Origin: a bacterium
GTDB taxonomy: Bacteria > Actinomycetota > UBA4738 > HRBIN12
Assembly: GCA_023251895.1 (NCBI GenBank)
Contig: JAHEXX010000003.1
Coordinates: forward strand, 1 to 42,306
Reading direction: 5' to 3'
Length of the DNA: 42,306 nucleotides
The number at the start of each line of letters is the position of its first letter. The stretch's first letter is position 1. Both the position numbers and the translations under genes were made by a program. Below the pieces are notes generated by a model that saw only the letters and a program-made list of their open reading frames with translations, was not told the DNA's origin and did not search any database. Shown in pieces: positions 1-9,717 of this stretch.

Positions 1-23
1 GCGTGTTTGACGAGCCCAAGCAT

Positions 24-1100
24 CTAGGGCGGTAGCGGCTGGGTGGGCAGTGGGTGGGCCCCGTCGCGGTCGACGCGGGCCCGCGTCTCGACCACGTCGT
101 CGTCTGGGAGGTTGGGGATGGCTCCCTCGTTCCGGACGTTGACGATCTGGACGTCGCCGGTGCCTGCATGCAGCGAGGCGACGAGCGCCGCTGCCGCCTC
201 GCTGTAGAAAGCGCCGCCCCGCTCCTCCAAGAGCTTGGGCTTCGTGTCGAGCGCGGGGTCCTTGTACATCTCGAGCAGCTCGCGCTCGATGTCCATGACC
301 TCCTCGGCCCTGGTCCGGTGGGTCCGTTGGTGTTGCAGCACTTCGTCGGTCAGGTAGTAGTAGTGGAGGTAGTACGAGGGGATGGCCCCCAGCGCCCTGA
401 TCAGCTCGGCAGGCATGTCGGTCTCGTCCGCGACCAGACCAATGTCCCTCTCGAGGAGCTCGGGAAGCCGGTTCACGCCATCGATGTAGATCGCCCGCTC
501 CCACGAAAGGTGGTTGAGCCCTACGTGGTCCAGCTCGACACGGGCCGGCTCGACCCCGAAGTGAGCGGCCAGCTCGCGCTGGAACCCGATGCCCACGTTG
601 CACAGACCTATCGCGTGGTGACCGTCGTCCAGCAGCGCCTGTGTGACCAGCCCCGTCGGGTTGGTGAAGTCGACGAACCAAGCGCCGGGCGCGCCCCGGC
701 GAGCCGTCTCTTCGGCCAGTTCGAGGACCACGGGAACGGTGCGCAAGGCCTTCGCGAAGCCGCCGGGGCCGGTGGTCTCCTGCCCGATGCAGCCGAACTC
801 GAGGGGAATCGTCTCGTCCTGGAGCCGGGCGGCCTGGCCGCCCACCCGGAGCTGGACGATGACGAAGTCGGCGCCTTCCAGGGCTTCGTCCCGGTCCCCG
901 GTCAGGGCCAGTCGACCGCTCCAACCGGCCTTCGACAGCATCCGGCCGGCCAGCGCGCCCACGATGTCCAAGCGCTCGGGATCGATGTCCAACAGGGCAA
1001 GCTCATCGACGGGCAGCCGGTCCTCCCGGGTCGCGAACCCCTCGACGAGCTCGGGGGTGTAGGTGCTCCCCGCGCCCACCACGGCGACCTTCACACCCAT
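24..1100 (-). CDS. Family 4 glycoside hydrolase (6-phospho-beta-glucosidase-like), interrupted by an in-frame TAG near the window edge
   Basis: KVAVVGAGSTYTPEL NAD-binding start, GQETTGPGG, FTNP, GLCNV, GLNH and RGGAFYSE motifs. Start taken at ATG 1100. The frame continues MLGLVKH past TAG 24-26. Confidence 0.88.
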   Translation of the reverse strand: MGVKVAVVGAGSTYTPELVEGFATREDRLPVDELALLDIDPERLDIVGALAGRMLSKAGWSGRLALTGDRDEALEGADFVIVQLRVGGQAARLQDETIPLEFGCIGQETTGPGGFAKALRTVPVVLELAEETARRGAPGAWFVDFTNPTGLVTQALLDDGHHAIGLCNVGIGFQRELAAHFGVEPARVELDHVGLNHLSWERAIYIDGVNRLPELLERDIGLVADETDMPAELIRALGAIPSYYLHYYYLTDEVLQHQRTHRTRAEEVMDIERELLEMYKDPALDTKPKLLEERGGAFYSEAAAALVASLHAGTGDVQIVNVRNEGAIPNLPDDDVVETRARVDRDGAHPLPTQPLPP

Positions 1101-1109
1101 CGCCTCGGC

Positions 1110-1119
1110 ATCGTACACT
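1110..1119. promoter_or_regulatory. Bidirectional overlapping -10 elements (ATCGTACACT)
   Basis: TACACT lies 7 nt before ATG 1127 (+). TACGAT lies 9 nt before ATG 1100 (-). Only 26 bp separate the divergent starts. Confidence 0.6.
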
Positions 1120-1126
1120 GCGCTCG

Positions 1127-2203
1127 ATGAAATCGTTAGGAAAGTTTCCTGACCCATTCCTGGCTGAGATCTGCGGTCAACCCGATGCGCTCCGCCGCAG
1201 CGCCGCCGCCCTCGTCGATCAGCGCGACGCGCTGGCCCGGTTGCAGCGGGCCAAGGACTCGGCCCGGACCATCGCGTTCACCGGCATGGGGAGCTCGTAC
1301 GACGCGTGCTATCCGGCCGTCAACGACCTGGCCGCTCGCGCGCTTTCCGCCATCCTGGTCGACAGTGCGGAGCTCCTGCACTTCCGCCGTCCCATGCTCG
1401 GTCCACACACGCTGCTCGTGGTCGTCAGCCAGTCCGGGCAGAGCGCAGAGGTGGTGAAGCTGGTCGAACAGCTCGCCAATCAACGGTACCGGCCGTTCGT
1501 GGTATCGGTCAGCAACGGCACCGACAACGCTCTGGCGGAACGAGCCGACCTGGCCCTCGACACATGGGCGGGTTCGGAGAGCGGGCCGTCCACCATGACA
1601 TTCGCCGCCGCCCTGGTCACCCTGACGGCGGTGTCGCACGTGCTGGCCGGCGGCGACCTCGACACGGCGGTGGATCGGACCCGCACGGCCGCCGAGGGCG
1701 CGGCCCAGTCGATCGAGCGGCTGGTGGACACACCCGAGGAATTCGCCGCGCAGCTTGGCGAATGGCTTGGGGACCGCCGCGTGATGGTGCTGCTGGGGCG
1801 GGGTCCAGCTCGAGCTGCCGCGGAGATGGGCGCCCTCCTCATCAAGGAGGCCACCGGCCTGCCGGCCGAGTCCCTAGAGGCGGCGATGTTCCGCCATGGC
1901 CCGCTGGAGATGGCCGGGCCCGACATGGCCGCCTTCGTGTTCGCCACCGAGCCGGAGACCCGAAGGCTGGACATCGGTCTCGCCGCCGACCTCATCGACA
2001 CCGGAGCGGCGGTGCTCGTCGTGACGCCGGACGGTGAGGCCCCGGCGGGCGCATTGGCGGTCGCCACCGGCTACCTGGACCGCGCGCTGACCGCGGCCGC
2101 GTCGGTGGTCCCGGCGCAGCTCCTGGCCTGGCGCGTCGCGGTGCTCCGTGGCAAGCACCCCGGCGAATACACACGGGCGACGAAGGTAACTACCCGTGAG
2201 TGA
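1127..2203 (+). CDS. Double SIS-domain sugar-phosphate isomerase/deaminase (GlmS C-terminal-like, no glutaminase domain)
   Basis: EICGQP, GMGSSY, VSQSGQS, LLIKE, FRHGPLEM and C-terminal TKVTTRE. Confidence 0.88.
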   Translation: MKSLGKFPDPFLAEICGQPDALRRSAAALVDQRDALARLQRAKDSARTIAFTGMGSSYDACYPAVNDLAARALSAILVDSAELLHFRRPMLGPHTLLVVVSQSGQSAEVVKLVEQLANQRYRPFVVSVSNGTDNALAERADLALDTWAGSESGPSTMTFAAALVTLTAVSHVLAGGDLDTAVDRTRTAAEGAAQSIERLVDTPEEFAAQLGEWLGDRRVMVLLGRGPARAAAEMGALLIKEATGLPAESLEAAMFRHGPLEMAGPDMAAFVFATEPETRRLDIGLAADLIDTGAAVLVVTPDGEAPAGALAVATGYLDRALTAAASVVPAQLLAWRVAVLRGKHPGEYTRATKVTTRE

Positions 2204-2825
2204 GGCCGACGCTCTCCGGGTCGCTCTGACCTTCGACGCGGAGCACCCCGACCGACCCAAGGGTCCCTCCGGCAACGCCGAGGCGATCCTGGACACGCTC
2301 CGAGACGCGAGGATCCGGGCCACCTTCTTCATCCAGAGCCGGTGGGCCACATCCCATCCCACCACTACCGAGCGCATCGCGAACGAAGGCCATCTGGTCG
2401 GACACCATTCCAAGTTCCACGCCCCGATGTCGCTTCTCTCCGACGACGGCCTTCGGACCGATGTGCGAGAGGCCGAGGAGGAGATCGAACGGATCGCCGG
2501 CGCGAGCCCACGGCCGTGGTTCCGGTGCCCCTTCGGCGACGGGCGGGACGACCCGCGCGTGCTCGCCGCACTGAACGACCTCGGGTACCGCAACATCCAC
2601 TGGGACGTCGAGGCCGAGGACTGGGAAGACTGGCAGACCGGCCCGGGGGTCCGAGACAGGATCGTCGACGGCGTCCGGGCCCGCGGGTTCCGAGACGTCG
2701 TCGTGCTGCTCCACACATGGCCAGCTCCCACGGCGGAGGCACTGCCCGGCATCCTGGGGGCGCTGGACGCGGAGGGCGTGCGCTTCGTGACGCTCGACCA
2801 GCTCGAGGAGGCGCAGGTACCGTGA
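2196..2825 (+). CDS. Polysaccharide deacetylase (CE4/NodB)
   Basis: ALTFDAE, ATFF, GHHSKFH, WFRCPFG, DWED and VLLH motifs. Confidence 0.88.
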   Translation: MSEADALRVALTFDAEHPDRPKGPSGNAEAILDTLRDARIRATFFIQSRWATSHPTTTERIANEGHLVGHHSKFHAPMSLLSDDGLRTDVREAEEEIERIAGASPRPWFRCPFGDGRDDPRVLAALNDLGYRNIHWDVEAEDWEDWQTGPGVRDRIVDGVRARGFRDVVVLLHTWPAPTAEALPGILGALDAEGVRFVTLDQLEEAQVP

Positions 2826-3841
2826 GCCGACCGGCGATCCTCGCCGTCGACGGCGGCGGGAGCAAGATCGACGCCGCCCTCGTAGCGCGGACCGGACGGC
2901 TGATCGGCGCCGCCCGCTCGTACGCCTACACGTACGACGGCACGGACGCGGTCAGCCGACTCGAGGGGATCAGGGAGGCCATCAAGGCAGCCTGCGCCGA
3001 CGCGCGCCTGAGCCCGGACGAGCGGCCCATCGCCGAGGTCGGGGTGTTCTGCCTGGCCGGGGCCGATCTCCCCCAGGACGACCGTCGCATCGCCCGGGCC
3101 CTGAAGAAGCACGGCTGGGCCGACACCGACATCGTTCGCAACGACACCTTCGCCGTCCTCCGGGCCGGTACCGAGCGGGAATGGGGCGTGGCCGTGGTGT
3201 GCGGCCACGGGACCAACTGCTCGGGGGTGGCCCCCGACGGGCGCATGTGCCGGTTCCCCGCCGTGGGCGTGATCTCCGGCGACTGGGGCGGCGGCTCGGA
3301 CGTCGGCGAGGCCGCGCTGTGGTACGCGCTCCGGGCGCGGGACGGGCGCGGGGAGAAGACGACCCTTGCCTCGCTGGTGCCGGCACACTTCGGGATGAAG
3401 CGCCCCCGGCAGGTCATGGAGGCGATGTACTTCGGCCGCTTGGATGAGGATCGGGTCGAGGAGCTCGCGCCGCTCGTCTTCCGGGCGGCGGCCGAGGGGG
3501 ACCGGGTCGCCCAGAGCATCGTGGACCGCCAGGCCGACGAGGTCGTGGCTATGGCCGGCACGGCCGTCCGCAAGCTGCGGCTGACCAAGCTGGACGTCGA
3601 GGTCGTATTGGGGGGCGGCATCTTCCGTAACCGGTACGAGAACTTCTTCGACCGGATCCGGGAGGAGCTGTGGAAGGTCGCGCCACGGGCCCAGGTTCAC
3701 GTGCTGACCGCGCCGCCGATCGTGGGGGCGGCCCTGCTGGGTCTGGATCGCCTGGGGTGCGGCCCGGACACGGCCCGCCGCGTCCGGGCCGCCTTGACGC
3801 ACGACCGCCTGCGCTCCGAGACTGCTCTTGGGAAGGAGTGA
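2822..3841 (+). CDS. BadF/BadG/BcrA/BcrD ATPase family sugar kinase (GlcNAc-kinase-like)
   Basis: [25 protein letters not shown] and SGDWGGG motifs. GTGA overlap with the upstream stop. Confidence 0.88.
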   Translation: MSRPAILAVDGGGSKIDAALVARTGRLIGAARSYAYTYDGTDAVSRLEGIREAIKAACADARLSPDERPIAEVGVFCLAGADLPQDDRRIARALKKHGWADTDIVRNDTFAVLRAGTEREWGVAVVCGHGTNCSGVAPDGRMCRFPAVGVISGDWGGGSDVGEAALWYALRARDGRGEKTTLASLVPAHFGMKRPRQVMEAMYFGRLDEDRVEELAPLVFRAAAEGDRVAQSIVDRQADEVVAMAGTAVRKLRLTKLDVEVVLGGGIFRNRYENFFDRIREELWKVAPRAQVHVLTAPPIVGAALLGLDRLGCGPDTARRVRAALTHDRLRSETALGKE

Positions 3842-3843
3842 GC

Positions 3844-5043
<1,200 letters not shown>

Positions 5044-5046
5044 GGC

Positions 5047-6180
5047 TCAGGCGGAGCGATCCGCGCCGGACTCGTAGCGGGGAAGCCAGCACTCCACCGA
5101 CGTCCCGGCGCCGGGGCGGGTATCGACACGACCCCACCCCCCGGCCAGTTGGGCTCGCTCCAGCAACGAGGACAGCCCAAGGTGACCCGGGGCCGGACGG
5201 TGCAGGAGGGTTACATCGAACCCCTTCCCGTCGTCCGTGACCCGGATCAAGACCCCGTCGTCGACCGACTCCAGCAGCACGCCGACCCGCCTCGCCTCGG
5301 CATGCTTGCGGATGTTCGCCAGCGCCTCCTGTGCGATGCGGAACAGCGTGGCCTGCATTTCCGCCGGCGGCTCGGATTCCAGCCGATCGTCCAACTCGCA
5401 AAGCAGCCCCTTCATCGCTTCGGAGTACTTGAGGTATTGGCGCAGCGCGGCCGAGAGCCCCTCGTGGTCCAACGCGGGCGGCCGCAGCTCGAAGAGCAGG
5501 TTCCGGAGGCGCTCGATGGCGTCGGTGACCACCATGTGGACGTCCTCGATCGCGCGGCCGACCTCCGTGCCGGCGGACTCGTCGGCCAGGAGCCGCAGGC
5601 GCATGTCGGCCGCGCTCATGGCCTGGATGGGGTCGTCGTGGATATCCTCGGCGATGCGACGCCGCTCCTCCTCCCGGGCCTCCTCCAGTCGGAACAGCAG
5701 CTGCCGCCGCTCCTCCATCGTTCGGCGCAATGCATCGAGGCTCCGGCGGAGCTTCTCTTCCGCCTCCTTCTGCTCGCTGACGTCGAGCATGATCCCTCGC
5801 CAGAAAAGCGGCTCCCCCGCCTCGTCCCGAACGATGACCGCCTCGTCCCGGAGCCACACCCACCGGCCGTCCCGGGCCCGCAGCCGGTACTCCGCGCGGA
5901 ACCGCTCCCCGGTGACGCTGACCTTCCGGTCCTCCTCCGCGACCCGATCGACATCGTCGGGATGCATGATCGAGAACCAGAGGTCCGGGCGGGCCGTCCA
6001 ATCCGCCGGGGAGTAGCCCAGGATGGCCTCGATCTGGGGACTCGTGTACAGGTTGGTGCTGAGCTCGTCGGGGGCATCCACGTAGACCGCGGCCGGGATG
6101 CCTTCGACCAGGTGCCGGTAGGTCTCCTCGGCCTCGACCAGCCCGCGGATGAACTCCGAGGAGAGTGGGATCTGTCTCAT
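5047..6180 (-). CDS. Cytoplasmic PAS/PAC sensor histidine kinase, HisKA_3 (NarX/UhpB/DosS) type
   Basis: PAS (IMHPDD...EYRLRARDGRWVW), H-box ERRRIAEDIHD, QEALANIRKHA and DDGKGF. ATGA overlap at 6177-6180. Confidence 0.88.
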   Translation of the reverse strand: MRQIPLSSEFIRGLVEAEETYRHLVEGIPAAVYVDAPDELSTNLYTSPQIEAILGYSPADWTARPDLWFSIMHPDDVDRVAEEDRKVSVTGERFRAEYRLRARDGRWVWLRDEAVIVRDEAGEPLFWRGIMLDVSEQKEAEEKLRRSLDALRRTMEERRQLLFRLEEAREEERRRIAEDIHDDPIQAMSAADMRLRLLADESAGTEVGRAIEDVHMVVTDAIERLRNLLFELRPPALDHEGLSAALRQYLKYSEAMKGLLCELDDRLESEPPAEMQATLFRIAQEALANIRKHAEARRVGVLLESVDDGVLIRVTDDGKGFDVTLLHRPAPGHLGLSSLLERAQLAGGWGRVDTRPGAGTSVECWLPRYESGADRSA

Positions 6181-6659
6181 AGCTTGTAGCCGAACCTCCG
6201 CAACAGCTCCTTGCGCTCCGTGATCTCGGCGTCGCCCTCCACGCCGAGCGGCGACCCGCCGTCGACGACCCCCAGGATGGCCCTGCCTCGTTCGGTCTGC
6301 CCCACCACCACCTCCACCGGGTTGGCGGTGGCGCAGAAGATACGGCACACCTCGGGCACCATCTTCACGGCGTTCAGCACATTGACCGGGAACCCATCCC
6401 GCAGGAACACGATGAACGAGTGCCCAGCCCCGATGGCCTGGGCGTTGCGGATCGCGAGCTCCTCCAGATCCTCGTCGTTCCCGCTGTAGCGGACCAGGCG
6501 GGGACCCGAGGACTCGCAGAAAGCGAGCCCGAACTTGAGGCCCGGAACCCCCTGAACCAGCGTCTCGTGGAGGTCCTCCACGGTCTTGATGAAGTGAGAC
6601 TGCCCGAGGATCAGGTTCAACTCCTCGGGGTTCTCGATCGGAACGGTCATGAGTTCCAT
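6177..6659 (-). CDS. Adenosine-specific kinase family protein (DUF355-type)
   Basis: ILGQSHFIKTVEDL, FCESSGPRL, GAGHSF and CATANP motifs. Confidence 0.85.
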   Translation of the reverse strand: MELMTVPIENPEELNLILGQSHFIKTVEDLHETLVQGVPGLKFGLAFCESSGPRLVRYSGNDEDLEELAIRNAQAIGAGHSFIVFLRDGFPVNVLNAVKMVPEVCRIFCATANPVEVVVGQTERGRAILGVVDGGSPLGVEGDAEITERKELLRRFGYKL

Positions 6660-6671
6660 GTGGCGCCCCCC

Positions 6672-7844
6672 TCAGAACTCGGACGGCAGGCGCGAGATCA
6701 CCCCGGCCAGCAAGGTGATACGCGGAACGACACTGGTCAGGTCGATCCACTCGGCCGGGGCGTGATCGTCTCCCCCGATGGGCCCCAGGCCGTCGATCGT
6801 GGGAACGCCGGCCGCGGACGTCGTATTCGCGTCTGAGGCACCGCCCGTCGCGGCATCCCGCAGCTCGAACCCCAGCTCGTGCGCGATCGCGACGGCCAGG
6901 GCGGCCAGCTTGGCCCCGCCCTCCCCCTTCTCCATGGGCCGGTGCCACTTGCCACCGGAGACCACGACCTCGACGTCGGGAACCGTGTGCTCGCCCGCGA
7001 TCCGCTCCACCTCGGCCTCGGCCGCAGCGAGCGTCTCTTCGTGCGGGGAGCGCAGGTCCACCTCGATCACACATCGGGCGGGAACGACGTTGGTCCGGGT
7101 CCCACCTTCGACCAGCCCAACGTTCACCGAGACGCCCGGCCACCGCTCGTTCAGGCGCTGCATCGCGATCGTCTTGTGGGCGGCCTCCAGGATCGCGTTC
7201 CGTCCCTTCTCCGGCTCCACGCCGGCGTGCGCGGCCCGGCCAACGATCTCGATCCGGTAGTCGGACACGCCTTTGCGAGCCGAGACGATGTCGCCGTTCG
7301 CCCGCGCGCCCTCCAGCACGAACGCGACGTCGGCCTCCTTCGCCTGCTCCAAGATGTGCTCCCGGGAGAACGGGGAGCCGATCTCCTCGTCGGGGTTGCA
7401 CACGTAGGTGATCCGCCCGAACCGCTCGAATCCGGCCTCCTGGAGCGCCTCCACCGCGACCAACCCGAGGAGCAAGCCGCCCTTCATGTCCGAGACTCCC
7501 GGCCCGTAGGCCCGGTCGCCCTCGATCCGGAACGGCCGCTCGGCAACCGTGCCCTCGTCGAACACCGTGTCCATGTGCCCGATGAGCAGGATCCGGGGAC
7601 CCCCCGAACCTTCCAGGCGCCCGATCAGGAGGTCCCCGAGCTGCGGTCCCCGCCCGGCCAGCACGTGGGCGATCCGTTCCACGCTCCAGCCGTTGGCCTC
7701 GAATCCCCGCTCGCACATGTCGGCGACGCGGTTCACGCCCTTCGGCGTGTACGACCCACAGTCGACGTTCACCATCTCCCGGAGGACGCCGACGTACTCG
7801 TCGTACCGGCGCGCGGCGGCGCCTCGGATGGTCTCGAGGTCCAC
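6672..7844 (-). CDS. M20 family metallopeptidase (carboxypeptidase G2-like)
   Basis: GHMDTV, GPGVSDMKGG, DEEIGS, GGASD and DHAPAEW. GTG start 6 nt after TACCGT. Confidence 0.88.
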   Translation of the reverse strand: MDLETIRGAAARRYDEYVGVLREMVNVDCGSYTPKGVNRVADMCERGFEANGWSVERIAHVLAGRGPQLGDLLIGRLEGSGGPRILLIGHMDTVFDEGTVAERPFRIEGDRAYGPGVSDMKGGLLLGLVAVEALQEAGFERFGRITYVCNPDEEIGSPFSREHILEQAKEADVAFVLEGARANGDIVSARKGVSDYRIEIVGRAAHAGVEPEKGRNAILEAAHKTIAMQRLNERWPGVSVNVGLVEGGTRTNVVPARCVIEVDLRSPHEETLAAAEAEVERIAGEHTVPDVEVVVSGGKWHRPMEKGEGGAKLAALAVAIAHELGFELRDAATGGASDANTTSAAGVPTIDGLGPIGGDDHAPAEWIDLTSVVPRITLLAGVISRLPSEF

Positions 7845-7850
7845 GCCCGG

Positions 7851-7860
7851 ACGGTAGCAT
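7851..7860. promoter_or_regulatory. Bidirectional overlapping -10 elements (ACGGTAGCAT)
   Basis: TACCGT (-) lies 6 nt before GTG 7844. TAGCAT (+) lies upstream of the ADH gene. Confidence 0.5.
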
Positions 7861-7890
7861 GGCCGCCACGCTGGGAACCAGGAGCGATGG

Positions 7891-9000
7891 ATGGGGCGCG
7901 AGGCGCGAGGTGCGATCGTCGATGTGGCGGGCGGCGGCATCACGGTGGAACCCATCCTGGTCGGCCCGCCGGGGCCTGGCGAGGTGCTCGTACGCCTCGT
8001 CGCGAGCGGCGTGTGTCACAGCGACGAGTGGGCCCGACACAACGGGAACTGGGGCTTGCCGTTCCCGCTCCTGCTCGGCCACGAAGGAGCCGGAGTCGTG
8101 GAGGAGATGGGCGAGGGAGTCGAGGATCTCAGCCCGGGCGACCGCGTCGTGATCGCCTGGGCCGTTCCCTGCGGGGGATGCCGAGCGTGCCGGCGCGGCG
8201 CCCCGCGGAAGTGCGCCCACCAGATCTCTGGGCAACGTCCCCTGCGGCGGGCCCGGGACGGCGCGCAACTCTCAGGCGTGCTCCAGTGCGGCACCCTTGC
8301 GACGCACACCGTGGTGCTGGCCAGCCAGGCCATCGCGATGCCCGACGAGATCCCGCTGGAACGAGCTTGCCAGCTGGGGTGCGGGGTCTCCACGGGCGTT
8401 GGGGCGGCGCTCCAGACGGCGAAGGTGTGGCCCGGGGCCCGGGTCGCGGTCATCGGCCTGGGCGGGGTCGGACTGTCGACGCTCCAGGGCGCGAGGATCG
8501 CCGGCGCGGAACAGCTGATCGCTGTTGACGTCGTGCCGGCCAAGCTGGAGTGGGCGAAGCGGATGGGGGCGACCGATACGGTGGATGCGTCGGCGAGCGA
8601 TCCGGTCGACTGCGTCCTCCGGCTCACGTCCGGCGACGGCGTCGACTTCGCCTTCGAGGCCACCGGCAACCCCAACTGCGTCCGCCAGGCCGTCGAGATG
8701 GCCGGGTTCGCCGGAACCGCCGTGGCGATCGGCGTGCCCCCTGTACCGAGCGAGGTCACGCTTCCTTGGGCCGGCCGGGACGGAGGTGCCTACTCGCGCA
8801 AGGTGAGCCTGCTCGTGACCGACGGAGGTGACCCCATCCCGTCGGAGGACTTCCCCGAGCTCGCCCGCCGCTACCGAGACGGGGAACTGGACCTCGACGG
8901 GATGGTCACCCGGGAGCTCGCGCTCGAGGACGTGGAGGACGCGTTCCGGGCGATGCTCGCAGGCGAGGTGATCCGCTCCGTCGTCCGCTTCGACTCCTGA
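7891..9000 (+). CDS. Zinc-dependent alcohol dehydrogenase (class III / mycothiol-dependent formaldehyde dehydrogenase-like)
   Basis: GVCHSD, GHEGAG, structural zinc motif CxxCxxC-x7-C, LGCGV and GLGGVG. Confidence 0.85.
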   Translation: MGREARGAIVDVAGGGITVEPILVGPPGPGEVLVRLVASGVCHSDEWARHNGNWGLPFPLLLGHEGAGVVEEMGEGVEDLSPGDRVVIAWAVPCGGCRACRRGAPRKCAHQISGQRPLRRARDGAQLSGVLQCGTLATHTVVLASQAIAMPDEIPLERACQLGCGVSTGVGAALQTAKVWPGARVAVIGLGGVGLSTLQGARIAGAEQLIAVDVVPAKLEWAKRMGATDTVDASASDPVDCVLRLTSGDGVDFAFEATGNPNCVRQAVEMAGFAGTAVAIGVPPVPSEVTLPWAGRDGGAYSRKVSLLVTDGGDPIPSEDFPELARRYRDGELDLDGMVTRELALEDVEDAFRAMLAGEVIRSVVRFDS

Positions 9001-9036
9001 GCTTGCACCGCCATCCGGGGTAGCATCCGCGTCGGC

Positions 9037-9714
9037 ATGAGCGACGCACCCGACGGGTACAACTGGTGGTGGCGGATCGGCCCTCCGATCGTGGGCTCCG
9101 CGTGCCGGTTGCTGTTCCGGCTCCGGTACCGCGGCGTGGAGCACATCCCCCCGTGGGGCTCGGCCATCCTCGCCGCCAACCACGTCAGCATGCTCGACGG
9201 CATCGTCCTCGCGCTCGCCCCCGCGAGGTTCCGACGCCGCCCCTGCCGGTTCCTGGTGGCTTCGGAGTTCTTCGAGAGACCGTTGCTCCGCTTCTTCCTG
9301 AAGCGGTTCCGGCAGATCCGGGTCCGCCGCGGGGAGCAGGACACCGAGGCCTTGGACGAGGCGATCCACACCATCCGGGCCGGTGTCCTGGCCGGCATCT
9401 TCCCGGAAGGCCGCATCAACGAGGGCACCGAGCTCCAGCGAGGCAGATCGGGCACGGCGCGCATCGCCCTCGCCACCGGGGCCGCCGTCATCCCGGCCGG
9501 CATCTGGGGGACCCAGGACCGGTACCCCAAGTCGGGCCTTCGACGGCAGCGCCCGTGGCGGACCCGGATCACCGTCTCGTTCGGCGAGCCCATCCTTCCG
9601 GCCGGCGACGCCGATTCGCCCGAGGACATCCAGCACTTCACTGATCGCGTCATGGCCGCCATCGCCGATCAGACCGCACGGGCTCGCGCCGACGCCGAGG
9701 GGCCCCGGCGGTAG
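9037..9714 (+). CDS. Lysophospholipid acyltransferase (PlsC family)
   Basis: NHVSMLD (HX4D) and IFPEGR motifs. Confidence 0.88.
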   Translation: MSDAPDGYNWWWRIGPPIVGSACRLLFRLRYRGVEHIPPWGSAILAANHVSMLDGIVLALAPARFRRRPCRFLVASEFFERPLLRFFLKRFRQIRVRRGEQDTEALDEAIHTIRAGVLAGIFPEGRINEGTELQRGRSGTARIALATGAAVIPAGIWGTQDRYPKSGLRRQRPWRTRITVSFGEPILPAGDADSPEDIQHFTDRVMAAIADQTARARADAEGPRR

Positions 9715-9717
9715 CCG

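Noticed and set aside
24-26. Pyrrolysine or amber recoding
   Set aside because: No pyl genes in the window, and many genes here end at TAG at the expected position.
1874-3802. 642-aa minus-strand ORF
   Set aside because: Antisense to the SIS, deacetylase and kinase genes, with no motifs.
6181-8268. N-terminal ~700 aa of the 1073-aa ORF 5047..8268
   Set aside because: Arg/Gly/Pro-rich off-frame read-through over the real adenosine-kinase and M20 genes. The kinase starts at 6180.
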